A stretch of DNA of 64,000 bases from Geosiphon pyriformis uo1 (GCA_016748015.1 JAAOMT010000193.1:350042-414041); one strand, 5' to 3'; shown: positions 1 through 14,110, numbered from the stretch's first letter. Numbers and translations: made by a program. The notes: generated by a model from the letters alone, not told the origin.

Positions 1-1856
1 AGTTTTTTATCAACTTACATCAAATATACAATACACTAAGGTAACTCAAATTGTATAATTTTTTATTGGCTACAGACAGTTGGTAGTATAAAACTTTTAT
101 AAAATAGGATTAAAATACTATAAAAGCAAAGCTTGTGAATCCAAACTGAACTTAACCATCAAGATGCTACATATTGAAAGTCTAACACATGTCAAAAAGT
201 TGCAAAATAATTTATTTATAATACTATTTACATGCTTAAATTTCTAATTAACACAACTAACAGTCTCAAACAAACCTTTGACAAAGTAATAGATATTTCC
301 AAAGACAGATTTGTTTTTTATAACAAAAAAGTAATATGATATCTTAATAGATAGTGTGGAATTAGACATAGTAATATATTGGCAAAAAAATTTGCATGCT
401 TGTTGCTAACAACTCCAAAATAATTTTTGACTTTGTTTCAGCTAATTAACAGATTTTTAGATTCAATAATTTAATAAACATACTTCTTTTTTATTCAACA
501 TTTATTGCAAAAGTCTAGTTTGATATCTTTCATAATTAAAACACAAATATTCAATAATGCTTAACTATTGGTTAACAACTTTACCAAACTAAATACAAAA
601 ACACAATCCAAAACAAAAGTAATAATCTGCATTTTCACAAGAATTGAAAAGAACAAATCACAAATCTAATACCTATATTTATGCCAATGTCTAAAAAATA
701 AGCAGCAGTATTATTGTAAGAATTTATAAACTCTAAATTTTTAACTAATCTATTCATATAGATAACTACTTTATTAGTCTTTTTTCTATAAGATGTTTTC
801 TAACAAAGTTAATATTATATAAGCTCTTGCTAAAAGTAGAATAATATGTTAAAATGCAATTGCCATTTAAATTACCATTTTTAATAAATTTGGCCAGTAA
901 ACTAAACCACCCAAAAATTGAATTTCTAAGATCCAGTTTTTTTTATTTGTAAAATATATTCTATATAAAGCATGTACTGTAATAGTCTAAAAGCTAATTC
1001 ATAAAAACAATACCAAATTTTTTAAGTAAATTTACCATCTTCATATAATATTTCAATTCTAAGACATCTGTAACAACAACACTATTACTGGTTTAAAACA
1101 CATTAAGTATATCATTACTTAATAACAAACCACATAATGTCAAAATATTTATAAGCCTGCCAAAAAACAATTTATAAAAGTAATTAATAGCATAATTAGA
1201 AAACTAAGAAATTGTTAAAACATTTAACTGATAATTTGTAGATTTATAGTCTTGTGTTCAAACAAATTAACATAGATTACTAAATTAACAAATGAGTTTT
1301 CTGCCTACATCTGCTTAAATGTCTTAAAATTGTATAATTTGAGATAGAAAATGGCATCATTAAAAAATTTTTTAGGTAGATTGGCCTTGAGTTTTAATTT
1401 TTTTCTTAGTATTTTGTCTCATTTTTTATACATACTTATTAATACATAACTGAATTACAGTCTGTAATTAATTATAGATTACAGAACAGCAAATACTAGA
1501 TACAGTAATTGTTTATTAGAAACAGTCTTTTTTAAAACCAAATTTGTAAAAAATTTTATGTTTAAGTATGTCTTGACAAAACTTGAACAAAAAAAACTTT
1601 TTGTAGACAAAAAAATGTTCAGGTATTTATGAATTTTACTTTTTTTTGCAATTAAAATATTCGACCTACTTATTATCAAATAAAAATTTTTTACTTTTTA
1701 GTTAATGAAAATAGTAAGTGTTTTATTTATGTTGATTGAAATGTTATTAATATAAGAAAATTTGCTAGCTATATTTAGAATATGCTGAGTAGTAAACATA
1801 ATATTTCTAATCCAGATTATGTTATTTATAAAGATTTTAGCTGCCATAAAAGATAT
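1..1856 (-). mobile_element. Decayed non-LTR (LINE) retrotransposon, ORF2 RT C-terminal part; continues left beyond the window
   Basis: Minus-strand translation from 1856 reads ISFMAAKIFINNIIWIRN...TQHILNIASKF, a LINE RT motif with FxDD decayed to FINN by G>A. It joins the 11822-12423 segment once element A is removed. Confidence 0.8.
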
Positions 1857-2869
1857 TATTATGGATAAACTTAGTGGTATATGGTAGTAATATTTGGTGC
1901 TTAAAATTTGGGTTTCTAAAAAGCTTTTGATAGTTTTTTTTTAGTAAACTTGTTAGAAGTATTAGTATTATCAGTCTCTAAAGGTTTTTTTGATTAATAT
2001 AAATTTACTTATAGAGTTCTTTGGTTATAAGATACAGAGTTATAATTTTTACAATATAGCAACTTATTAATATAAGCTTTTTTCTCTGAGTTAGTTGAGT
2101 GTAGTTGCTAAGATCTGGTAGTGTTTTTTTACTCTTCTGATAAGCTAACAAGATAATGTTAATATTCAAATCTAAGAAGAACTTTCTTTTTTTACCAATT
2201 TATTATGAAGTCTATTCTTAAATAGGTAATTTTTTATGTTACCACTTTACAAAAAAGAATAAAAAAAAATAAAAAAAATAAAAGAAAGATAAAAAAAAAT
2301 AAAAGAAGATAAATTAGTATTATTAATTGTTATAATCAAGAACAATTGGTCCAAGTTATAATAGTTTGAGACTGTTTTATGCTAAGAGCATCTGGCCAGA
2401 AATAAAAATAAGAACAAGATTAATTTAGCTATAATATGTGAAACACAAAAATCATACAGACAGGAATTTTGAGTTTTGTTAATATTTTTTTTATTTCTGT
2501 AATATAAAATATAAGATATAACAAGAGATATATAACAAATATAGGTAAAAAGAAGTTGATTCTTGTCTATCTGTCTATTTTTCTATCTTTTATAACTACT
2601 TTTTTTTATATATTTCTCTTAGTTTTACAAGACTGTTTTTGATTGTTTTATTATTGCTAATTATTGTTTGCTATTTTTGTTATTGCTTTGTTTCTCTATA
2701 TTATTACTAGTTATCTTCATTATTTTGTGCTATATTATATTATTGTATTTTGTATTGTGTTATTCTGAGTTATTACATGTTATTCTGTATTCTTTTATAT
2801 TATTCTGTGTTATTACATTTTTTGATCACATTTCTTTATAACTTGGATTAGTTTTTTACTTGGATAACA
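1857..2869 (-). repeat. Element A 3' LTR
   Basis: Aligns end to end with 10814-11817; termini T(G>A)TTA...TAACA. Confidence 0.95.
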
Positions 2870-2884
2870 TTATCTCTCTCTTTT
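2870..2884 (-). other. Element A polypurine tract
   Basis: Minus strand AAAAGAGAGAGATAA immediately before the 3' LTR. Confidence 0.85.
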
Positions 2885-3517
2885 AAAATTGAATTCCTAC
2901 AAAATCATATATATTTGTAATAGTTGTATTTTCTATGTAGTATTAGATTGTTGCATCAAATATTGCTTTTTGTAGGATTTTAAACTGTATATTCATTATT
3001 TGTTCTATGTTGTTAACTGTAATTGTTTCTAAGGAACTGTCTAATACTATAGCTAAACAGTGTTTAAATGTTGTATATAATCAATATACTGTTTTATAGT
3101 ATAGTGTTAAATTGTTTCTTTTTATAAATATTTCTACTTGTTTGAAACCTTTTTTGTTAAATATTCATTGGTTAAGATCTTCATATAATGTTTTCAATCC
3201 TATCTGTTCACCAATTTTATAGAACCAGTAGACTAGTAAAAGTCTTTTTTTTGTTACTAGTTCTAATGCCAACTTGCTAAAAGCTTTTTTGATTTCTTCA
3301 AGCTTTGCCCAACATGTATCTTTTTTTTTGTTCCTTGATTATTCATAGAGATGAGAATGTTCAGTTCTAGTTGAACTTTTGTCCATTTCTTTTCTGCTTC
3401 TGTTTTTGTATTGTATTTTTTTTATATTAATGGTAATTTCTATTTAGATTGTGGATTGTTAAATTGCTTCAAATAGTTGTTTTGAGAGTTTTAAAATTTG
3501 ATTTGAGAGGTTTACAT
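2884..3517 (-). pseudogene. Element A ORF3 (accessory ORF between IN and PPT), decayed
   Basis: ATG at 3517; translation contains VYWFYKIGEQI...YKTVY*LYTTFKHC...ITVNNIEQIMNIQFKIL, which aligns by eye with ORF3 of C. Confidence 0.65.
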
Positions 3518-3593
3518 TAAAAGTTCTGTTATTTTTTTTGTTATTTTGGCTGTTATATATATTTAAATTTCCAATTAAATAGTTATGTATTAA

Positions 3594-4961
3594 TTATATT
3601 TTGGTGATAATAATTGGTTCTAGATCTCATGATATATTATTTAAATTGATTAATGGAATCTGTGTTTTTAGTTAAGATACAGATAATAATATCTTTTGTT
3701 TTGTATGATAAATTTTTAACCAATTTCCATGTGCTACTTTCTTTAAAATTCTGTTTTTCAATCTTAATTTGTAAGCTTTATTGCCTAAAACTTTATATAT
3801 GTGAAATAGATTATTTCACTTCAGGTCAAACTTTTCATTCCACTGTTTTTTAGTCTTTATATAATATAACAGTACTTGGTTTCCAATCTTAAATTCAATT
3901 GGTTGGTTAAGTAGATAATTATCATGTCTTTTTTTTTGTTGTTCTTGTACTTTGCTAATATTATTAACTGCTGTTCTATAATTGTTTTCTAATATTTTCA
4001 TAAGCTGATATGTTCTTTGATATAAGATGATTTCAAAATTTTCTTTGGTGATTGTTTCTATTGGAAAAGAAGATATTTTTTGTTTAATAAGTAAGATAGC
4101 TTTTCTTCTGTAGACTAATTCAAATGGTATGAATTGGGTAGTATTTTGCTTTAATGTTTGGTATGCAAATAATACAGAAGATATAAATAAATTCCATTTT
4201 TGTGCATTTTTATAACTTATTTTTGCTAATGCTTCACACAGTATTTGTTTAAATTGTTTTATTAATCCATTTGTTTATGGGTGATATAATAACAATAAGA
4301 GTTATTTTATTTCAAATTGTTGGCTTAATTTGGTTAATGTACTATTAATAAAATGTGTTTCTTAGTTGAATAACAATTCTTTTGGGTATTTATGATGACA
4401 AATTAGATTTTGGTATAAAAACTTGGTTACTGTTTTAAGATCAGCCACTTGGATTACTCTGGCTTCTGGCTATTTAATAAGATAGTCTATAGCTACAACT
4501 ATGTAATAATTTCTCTTAGATGTAATTAAGAGAGAACCAACCAAATCAATTCCTATTCTATTAAATAAATTTTCAATTGAAATGAGTCAAAGTAATTTCA
4601 TTGTTCTGGCTCCTTCTCTTTATTAATATAAGTCACAGTTGAAAACATATTTAAAAATATCTTTATATATTGTTGGCCAATAATATAGATTTGTGGTTTT
4701 TTCTAGAATAGAGTTTTTATTGAAATGTTCTGCAGTTGAATCAGAGTGCATACTGTGTAAAACAATTTCTTTTTCATTGTATTTTATAACTTGTTGTAAA
4801 GTAGTATGGTTTTGGCATTTTTAATGATATAGTTGGTTGTTGTTAATAAAATAATTATGAGCTTGTTTCTATATACTACTTTGTTTCTGTTGAGATAATA
4901 GTTTCTTAAACTGAAAAGTTGATAAATATTGGTGTAATTACTAATAGATAGTTGTATTCAT
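3594..4961 (-). pseudogene. Element A integrase, separate ORF, decayed
   Basis: ATG at 4961 (MNTTIY..LHQYL), 10 nt after the RH stop at 4974-4972; HSDSTAEHF zinc-finger part, rve core (IGIDLVGSL, QTNGLIKQF-type) and C-terminal EPIIIT. Confidence 0.85.
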
Positions 4962-4971
4962 GGATTCGAGA

Positions 4972-7900
4972 TTAAATTTGCATCATTCTTAACAAACTGT
5001 CAGCATTGGTGTTTTTGGATCTTTTCTTATAATAAACTTTGTATAAGAATTATTGCAGATAAGTATTCTATCATGCATATCTTTTTTCTTATTGTGATTT
5101 ACTAAGTAACTAAATAAGTTTTTTATGATTAGTGTATAAATCAAATAGCTATTTAAAGTAGTGTCTCCAATTTTGTATTGTTTAATAGATGATGAAACAT
5201 TCCAAATCTGTTGTGCTGTATATTTTTTTTGCTAGACTGATACTGTGACTAGCATAGACAATTGAATGCTTTTTGTTGTCTGGTTTTATTTAGAATAGGA
5301 CCACTTCTAATGCATTTTTTGAGACATCTGTTGTAACAATAAACTGTTTATTAAAGTCGAAATAGATCAATATAAGTACTATAATAAAACATTGTTTAAA
5401 ATAGTTGAATGTCTTTTGCTGATCTTTCTTTTATTTATATGACACATATTTTGACAATAGGTAGTGAGATAGTTTTGTAATATTAAAAAATCTTTTAATA
5501 AATCTGCAATAGTATTCATCCAGTTTTAAGAATCTTTTTAGTTTTTATAGGTTAGTTGGGGCTGGAAACTTTTTGACTTTTTGTACTTTGTTCAGATTAA
5601 ATTTGACTTCATTTTTGCTGATTACATGTTCTAAGAATTTCAGCTTAGTTTTTCTAAAAAAGCATTTATTAGAGTTGAGTTTTAGTCTGGCTCTCTAAAA
5701 GCATTCAAAAACTTATTAAAAGTGAAACAAGTAATTGTTAAATATTTCTGAGAACATATTAGTGTTATCTAAGTAGATTATGACTGATTTCCAAAGAATT
5801 TTTTTGTATACTACATTCATAAAATATTGGAAGATAGCAAAAGCATTACACAGTTTAAAGGACATTACATTGAATTTGAAGTTTCTGTCTTATATAATAA
5901 AGACTATTTTTTCTTTGTCTTTGGGATTTATTTTTACTTGCCAATATTTACTGGTTAGGTCTAATTATAAAAACTATTTTTTGTTGCTAAATTGTCTAAT
6001 ATTTCTTGTATAAAGGGAATAAGGTAACTATTGTTATAAGTAACACTATTTAATTTTTAGTAATTTATACAGAGCCATATTTTTCTATTTTTCTTAATAA
6101 TTAATATCACTAAAAAAAACCAAAAACTTAAAAATTTCTTGATTAATTTATGGTTTAATATTTGTTGTACTTTTTTTTAATCAAATTATCACCCATTGGA
6201 GTTATTTAATATGTCTATTGTTTAATAGAACAGACATTTTTCATATCAATCTGATGTTTTATAATGTTTGTGTATCTAAACTCATTTTTGCTAGTAAAGA
6301 TATCAGCATATTAATTTAACAGAATCTTGAATTATATTTGCTACAGAGTATTTAAGTTTTCCAAATTCAATTTATTGATTTTTTTTAGTATAAACAAGTA
6401 ACTTTCTTTTAGCAAATTCTATACTTATAAGGTAATATCACAAAATAAGAACAATTATATAAAATCTGGAATAGGCTGGGGTTTTTTAGGATTTTAAATA
6501 TTCAGAGAAATGGAATTAACAAAGATTTCTTTAGAAATTTTGATTATATCTTCAATGAAATTCCATATAAGAATTTTGAAATGTTTATAAGTTTTAATAG
6601 ATATGTATAGATTAGCAATATTGGCCAGGAAACAGATTTTCAAATTAGCTTTGAATAGTAGAGCTTGGTCTTAGATCTTTCAATTCACTTTGAAAATGTA
6701 TTGTTAATATGGAGAAATGAAGATAACTGTATCAATATAAATAAATTCTATCTTATTACTTTTTTTTTTGATGAAATTGACTGCTATATTTCCTCTTCTA
6801 CTTAATTCAAATCTTTTAATTTCTTTGATAATAAGACTTAATTCTTTGTGTATGATGACTAAAGTTAATTAGAGTATTTTTACAAAGAGTAAAAAGATAG
6901 CTTGAGCAATCTTCTCTTGTAAGTCAATTTTGTAGAGTTTATTAAAATTGTTTTGTAGCATTATGATAATGTTTTCAGTATATTTAGAATTAATGATTTC
7001 TTCTTTTACATCAATTTTTTTGGCAAAACTAGATTTGGATGCTACTTGTATCATTGTACTAACAGAAATTTTTAATGTTATTTTGAGATTTAGTTTTACT
7101 AGGAAGTGTAGAGCTATAACTACAGATAATTGTTCAGAGTATCTTAAATCAAAACCAACATTAGTTTTATGTGCTCTTTTAGAACATATTCTTTTATTAT
7201 TGTTACTATACTATTTTAATTCTAATTTTTTGGAAAGATCAAGATAAGCAAGGTACTGTTCTATTTTGATAGTCTTATCTGGCTCTTAAAATAACAGATC
7301 CTCTTTGGTGAACTCATATTTCTCTTTTGGTTTTGGTAGTTTAACAATAAGATATAGTATTCTTGAAGGTGAATTAAACATAAGATCACACTTATTACAG
7401 TATTGAAAATAGCATGAAATCAAACAATAATTGCATAATTTCATGTTGAAATCTATCAGTCTCTGTTTTTATTTCTTTTGAATTGGAGCTAATTCTTAAT
7501 AACAATCTTGGAATACTTTTGAATTATCTGTAAATAGATCATTTATTTTCTTAATGACTATTAGGATATTTTTGATGGCATGTATTTTTTTAACAGTAGT
7601 ATCTTCCTATTTAGCTAAAACTAATTCCCATATTTTTTTTTTATTGTAGAGATATATATCTAATCAGTTCATTACTTGTTAATATACAGCAATGAGCAGA
7701 GTTTTTTTCTGAGTCCAGTTATTGATTAAGATAGTATACTGACATAATTTATTATATGTTCCTCTTCTGCTAAGAACTTCATTTCATAATCTTTTGTCTA
7801 ACAGAATTTCACCACATATAAAACAGAGCATATTGTCCTATTTGTCTTGTTGTTTTAATCATTCAAATTTTTCTAATACACAAGATCAGCAATAATACTT

Positions 7901-10751
7901 GGTAGCTGTTGGTCATACTTCATTATTTCTAATGCAGGCACTTATTGAAAATAATTTTTTTCCAAAATCATTACAGATTAATTTTAGTGATTAGTATAAT
8001 TGATCTTTTTGATGTGATATTTGATAAATTGGTGATAGAATCTAATGTTTTTTGTTAGCTTTTCTTTTTCCTTTCTTTTTCTAAGTAAGAGATAGTAATA
8101 ACTCTATTTGAAAATTGTCTGCCTAAAAAACTTAGTATGTTTCTAAAATTGGTTAAAAAATAGGTTCATTAAATTTAATTAATGGTTGTTTTAGAGTTGT
8201 TTTTTAGAAGTGTTTACACATTACAAGTACTTAAGCATGTTGCCTGTTAAAAGTTATCTGAAGTTCCTGTGTGTTCTAATCTAACATAGTATAGGCTTTT
8301 GTTAGTCAATTATTTTTCATAAGAGCTTGATATTGTGTGACTTCTATAATAAGCACTTTGGTGAAAATTTGAATTTCACTGATTTTAAATAAAAAATTGT
8401 TGATTTTTCTTATTGGGGTTTTTGTATTTCCATCTGCAATAATAATTTGAGCAGTAACTGTACAATTTACTCAACAATCTAATTGATTCATGAGTTGTTT
8501 TATAATTATACTACCAGCAGATCTACTATTAAGTATTAATTTAATATTTATTTCTCTTATTTTAACATTGATATATATTGCCATGATTGTTTTGTTTTGA
8601 TTAATAACAGCTCTACTAAAAAAGTTAGAGTTATTCAGGTTGTTAACATTAAATAAAAATATAATAGTAAAGATATAATCTTCAGTGATTGTGGCTGGTA
8701 AAATTGTTTTGATAACCCAATATTAATTCAAAGTAAAAGAATTAATTATTTCAATTATATCTTTCCTTTCTAAAGATGTAATGTTACAAAAATTCAGAGT
8801 TTTTATAAAACTGAGGTATAATGCTTGGTTAAGATATTTAGTTTGCACTAATTACAATAATAGACTATTGTACTATAATAGTCAGGATGATTTATTGCTA
8901 GTTTGCATTTGATTGTTACTGGTATTTCTTTATTTTTAATTATAGTTAATTGCTCAAAGTCTGGATTAGTTATAAGTAAACACTTGGTATTGAAGTATTA
9001 TTGGCACTGTTGTAGGTGGCTGATAGTAATTGTAAGGCATTTGTTGTATGTATTATGGTGGTTAATATTAAGATATAGAATATTGAGATCCTAGAACTTA
9101 AGGATATTTCTGTTGTTGTAGATGTTGATTTCCTCTGTTTTGGTCTGCTAACTTTTTTTAGCAGTTTTAAGCAATATGTCTGGATTTTTGACAATAATAA
9201 CAATTATGGGAATTTGATCTTCAGAGTTGTTATTGTTGTTAACAATTCTGTTATTATTAATATCTATTATTGTTGTTGTCTCTTCATTGGGGTGGCTAAT
9301 AAGTTCTTGCAGTTCTGGCTAAAAATTTCTCAATTTTTTGAGTTAATTTTTTACTTAATTGGATAATTTTTGCATTAATATCTGAGATTCTATTGAGTTA
9401 AGTTAATGGCTTGAATATAATTAGCTTTTTGCTCTGTTAACTCAAAATTATGAGCAAAGATGATTGTGTCTTGTAGGTTTGTTGAATAACAAGGTCTTAT
9501 AAATCATAAAATACTGCTTTTTAATTCCTTAACAAATTGATTGAAAACTTGTGCTGTAGTGTAGTAATCTTTTTCAATTGTTAGTATTTGTTAAAAGACT
9601 TGATTAAACCATTTAAGATAAGTAATTACTGCTTCATGAGTTTTTTGTTTTATTATACTGAATTGATTTTGTAGCTGAATAAGCATATTGAAATTACAGA
9701 AATACTGTAAAAAGACAAGTTTAAAAGCAGCAAAGTCAGTTGGTTTCTTCTCAAGACTTTGGTATTAAGAGTTTGCAGTTCTTGTTAAAAAGAAAGACAG
9801 TGCTTGAATGGTTCTGGTATTATCCTAATTGTTGGTGATAATTGCTTTTTCAGCTTTTGTTATCTAGGTGTATATGTTATTTTTTTTATTAGAGAATTTT
9901 TCTAGTCTGGCAATATTTTGGTAAGCTATTATCTGAATGATAAAAAATAGTTTATTTGTTGATAATAAGAGTTTTGATGGCAGTATACTGTATTGTTTTT
10001 CAGATGCTAATGTTAATTGTTTCTTTTTGTTGTTAGAACCAATAAATGGCAAGATGACTGTTTTTTCTATAGGGATGATTGCTAACTCTGTTATAAGCTA
10101 TGCTATTGGTAGTGTTCAAAAGAACATGTTTTTGCTAGATTGGCTGGCAGTTGGGATAAAATTCTTAAATAATAATTCATATTCTCTCAGAAATTTTGTT
10201 CAAAGATTATTATTGTGGCTCCAAAAGTACAGAGTTCTAGGAATTTTTGAAGTTTTTATTTGTGTTTTTATAAGTTAGTTGAATAGAATTCTACTTTCTG
10301 TGGTCTAATGATATGAAGGAATGATTGATAAAAGAAATCTTGATTTTTTGTTGATTATAGTTCAGATTTGCTTTTGTGTGACTGTTGTATTATCAGATTC
10401 AGACTTAAATTCTATGGAGTTAGGCTTTACTATTTGTCTTCTTTTTACTTAAAAGTACTATTGTGTCATGTATTTTTCGATTTTTCTATCAATTATATGA
10501 AGAGTCTCAGCTATAACTTAAGTAATAGTTTCTATTAAGTATGTCAATAACTTTTAATAAATTTGTTCTCTGAATTTTCTTGTGTCTGTTGCTCAGCCTA
10601 ATAAACAGTCAATTTTGGTGTACAAGTAATAACAGAAATCACTTTTTGTAATAATGGTTTCTAATAGTATCTTTAAGTCTTTCCTAAAATGTTAAAATAA
10701 GACTTTTTCATATAGTAAGTGATTTTTTTCTACTGTCTTAATGGTTGCCAC
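4972..10751 (-). pseudogene. Element A gag-PR-dUTPase-RT-RNase H polyprotein, decayed
   Basis: GTG at 10751; capsid (AYQNIARLEKF) at about 9929; PR LILNSRSAGS at about 8520; dUTPase (VGFDLRY, QVASKSSFAKK, EKIAQAIFL) at about 6780-7160; RT/RH at about 4980-6250; many CAA>TAA and TGG>TAG stops. Confidence 0.85.
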
Positions 10752-10794
10752 TTTTGTGAATTTCTGGGGTGCTCTGTCTTTATGGATTTTATAA

Positions 10795-10811
10795 TCTTAC
10801 AAAGAGCACCA
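10795..10811 (-). promoter_or_regulatory. Element A primer-binding site
   Basis: Minus strand TGGTGCTCTTTGTAAGA, 2 nt after the 5' LTR. Confidence 0.85.
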
Positions 10812-10813
10812 AA

Positions 10814-11817
10814 TGTTACAGATAAACTTGGTAGTATATAGTAATAATGTTTGGTGCTCAAAATTTGGGTTTTTAGAAAGCTTTTGATAGTTTTCTTTTA
10901 GTAGGCTTGTTTGAAGTGTTAGTATTATTAGTCTCTAAAGATCTTTTTGATTAATATGAATTTACTTGTGAAATTTTTTGAGTATAAGGCACAGAGTTAT
11001 AGTTTTTATAATATGGCAACTTGTTAATATGAGCTTTTTTTTCTGAACTAGTCAAATACAGTTACTAGGATCTAGTGGTGTCTTTTTATTTTTTTAATAA
11101 TTTAATAAGATAATATTAATATTCGAACCTAAAGAGAGCTTTTCTTTTTTACCAGGCTATTACAAAGTCTATTTTTAGACAATCAATTTTCTTATGTTGC
11201 TGCTCTATAAAAAAAAATAAAAAAAATAAAAAAAAGATAAAAAAATAAATAAATAAATAAATTAGTATTATCAATTATCATAATCAAAAGTAATTGGTCC
11301 AAGTCATAATAGTTTAAAACTGTTTTATGCTAAAAGCATCTGGCCAGAAACAAAAGTAAAAACAAGATTAATTCAACTATAATATATAAAACACAAAAAT
11401 TATACAAATAGAAATTTTGAGTTTTGTTAATATTTTTTTTATTTCTGTAATATAAGATATAAGATATAACAAGAGATATATAACAAATATAAATAGAAAG
11501 AAGTTGATTCTTGTCTATTTGTCTATTTTTCTATCTTTTATAACTACTTTCTTTTATATATTTCTCTTAGTTTTATAAGACTGTTTTTAATTGTTTTATT
11601 ATTGTTAATTATTGTTTGCTATTTTTGTTATTGCTTTATTTCTTTACATTATTACTAGTTATCCTTGTTATTTTATGCTATATTACATTATCACATTTTG
11701 TATTGTGTTATTATAAGTTATTATGTGTTATTCTGTATTCTTTTACATTATTCTGTGTTATTATGTTTTTTAATTACATTTTTTAAAACTTAGATTGGTT
11801 TTTCTATTTGGATAACA
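10814..11817 (-). repeat. Element A 5' LTR
   Basis: TGTTAC...TAACA termini, adjacent PBS, matches 1857-2869. Confidence 0.95.
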
Positions 11818-11821
11818 ATAT

Positions 11822-12423
11822 TTTATTATTTCTAAGATTTTGTTTATCAGTTTATACAATAAACTTAGAATTTATTCTGTAATTATATATATAGTCATGT
11901 TTTAAAACTTTATAAAGTAAAAATTCATAGAAAATTCTTTATAACAATAATAAGAAGACTTTATCTAAATCTAATTTATCATGTATTATATATTTTATTG
12001 TAAATCCAAAATTTGTTATCACTTGATTGATTTGATTATTGTTTATATTTTTAAAGAACTTGATAAAACAAGAACATATTTTGATTCTAGTCAGACTGCT
12101 TTTCAAGTAATGTTATCTAACAGAATCATATATTTTATGCATATTTTAAAAAACCAACCACAGCTTTTTGCTCTTTTTCAATGCATTTTTAATTACAAAA
12201 CCAACAGCAGAAATTAGAGTTTAAGTAAATGTGTTTTTAAAACAAAAAAATTATTACTATACAGAATGTTAAATTTATTATACACTAAAAAAATTCCATC
12301 TAAAAGAAGCTTTAATAAGACTTTTTGAACAGTTTTAATTAAAACTATCAGCTTGGTATTAGTAAAAGTTTTTTCTAATTGTATAGTTTTAGTATTATAA
12401 AAATCTAAGCTTTTTTTTACTGT
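11822..12423 (-). mobile_element. LINE ORF2 RT N-terminal segment between elements A and B
   Basis: Minus-strand translation NALKKSKKLWLVF*NMHKIYDSV...SSLTRIKICSCFIKFF is a decayed LINE RT motif (DxxKAYDSV type). Confidence 0.85.
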
Positions 12424-13173
12424 TGTTACAGGTGATTATTTGGAATCTTAAAGCAAATAACAAATCCATAACTTGGTGCTCAATTGATATTATAATGTTG
12501 GTATCTGAAGGTTTTTATAATCTGAAGATTTTGGTTGAGTTTTTTGTATAATGAACAAAGATTCAATAGTGTTTTAGTAGTCTTCTGGAATCACAATTCT
12601 GTTGAATTTTTTTCTTAGCATAGTGGCTGGTAATCTGGCAGAGATGTTCTTTTGATAAGTTATCCTTAATTTATTAAACTTTATATTCTTCCTTTGAGAT
12701 TTTTTATTAGGCTATTTTTGACATTAATAATTCAGTGCTTTACTCTTTAATCAATTAGTTAACAACAAGAAATAACAAACTAACAGAGAAAAAAATAAAA
12801 AAAAAGAAAGAAATAAGCCAAGACAATAAATGTTAGTATTCCATCAATAGCTGTGATCAAGAACTATTGTTTCAGCATAGTTAAATATTAGCAACTATTA
12901 ACATAAAGTGTTGATAATAGAAAGAAAATTGAGATAGCAAATAATTATTTATTAATATTTGTGATGTGGAAGGTTGCTTAGATTAAATCTAAACTGAAAG
13001 GTCTTTCTTTTTTGTTTCTAATGCTACCACTATATATATATAATTGAGATTTCTTGTATAAGAATCCTGAAATTTCTGAAATCCTGTAATTTCTTTGAAA
13101 AAAATCCTGGAATTTTACATTTTACTATGACTACTTTATATGTTACTATACTTTTTATATTCTATAAGCAACA
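12424..13173 (-). repeat. Element B 3' LTR
   Basis: TGTTAC...GCAACA; matches 31316-32144; followed on the plus strand by the PPT complement TTATTCCCTCCTTTTT. Confidence 0.95.
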
Positions 13174-13189
13174 TTATTCCCTCCTTTTT

Positions 13190-13816
13190 AATATTGAGCT
13201 CTATTGAGATCTCCTAATTCTAACTCTTCATCTTTAAGATTTTTTGACCTTTTTTTCTGAGAATTATTTGTGTTATCTTGTTTTGTAATTTTTCAAATTG
13301 AGCATTGATTATTTTTCTTATTTGGTTAATAGTAATGAAGTCCATTGCTGAATTGAGTAGAATTTTTAGTTGGTTTTGAAATCCAACTTGTAATTAATAA
13401 ATGACTTGTGCTTGTGTGATTAGATTGTTCTTTCTCACAAATTGTTTAAGTTGCTGTAATATTTCTGAGTCAAATAATTGTTTTGTTTTATCCATATATA
13501 AATTTTGGATATTCAGATGTTGTTCCAAGTGAAAATAACAAAAGTTTCTTGAAAATTGTTGTGTTCACCAATTCCATATTTCTATTGTCAACTTTTGATA
13601 TAAAATGACTTTTGGTTGTGCTTCTATTGCCAATTTCACTTTTGTGATTATTTTGTCAATAATATTTTCTGTTTTTCTTTATACTTTATCTCATGGTTCT
13701 TTTCTGGTGTTTTTGTATCTAATGATTTGTTGATTGATTGTAATTTCCATCTCTTGTTGTTAGATCAGTTAAAAAAGTTGTTGTGTTAGTAAGTGAATGT
13801 TGTCAGTAATTTCCAT
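13190..13816 (-). pseudogene. Element B ORF3, decayed
   Basis: ATG at 13816 (MEITDNIHLLTQQLF), then RNFCYFHLEQHL...ITINQIRKIINAQFEKLQ; very similar to E 46222-46864. Confidence 0.7.
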
Positions 13817-14110
13817 TTTTCTGCTGTCTTTTGTTATGTTTACTCTGTCTTTATATTTTTTTTAGTTGTTTAATTTAATGTGTTGGTGTTAATAATAATG
13901 ATTGGTTTTAGATCTTGTGGAATTTCATCTGGTTAGACTAGTATTCTCTATACTTCCAATTGTAGAATATTACTAATGAATAATGATAATATATTGCAAT
14001 ATGGTTTCAGTCAATCTCCATGTGCTATTTTGGTTAAACTTTTGTTGTTCAACCTTAATTTATAAGCTTCATTTTCTAGAATTTCTTCTATGTGAAATAG
14101 TCTGTCCCAT

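Larger units (their letters stand above)
1857..11817 (-). mobile_element. Element A: full-length decayed Ty3/Gypsy LTR retrotransposon with dUTPase
   Basis: Direct LTRs at 1857-2869 and 10814-11817; 4-bp TSD ATAT (1853-1856 / 11818-11821); PBS and PPT present; gag, PR, dUTPase, RT, RH and IN remnants in Gypsy order. Confidence 0.95.

Noticed and set aside
10814-10860. Classical Tf1-type self-priming
   Set aside because: The PBS starts with TGG and looks tRNA-complementary, and the anti-PBS lies near the U5 end far from the putative TATA box rather than at the transcript 5' end. Kept only as a weak alternative.
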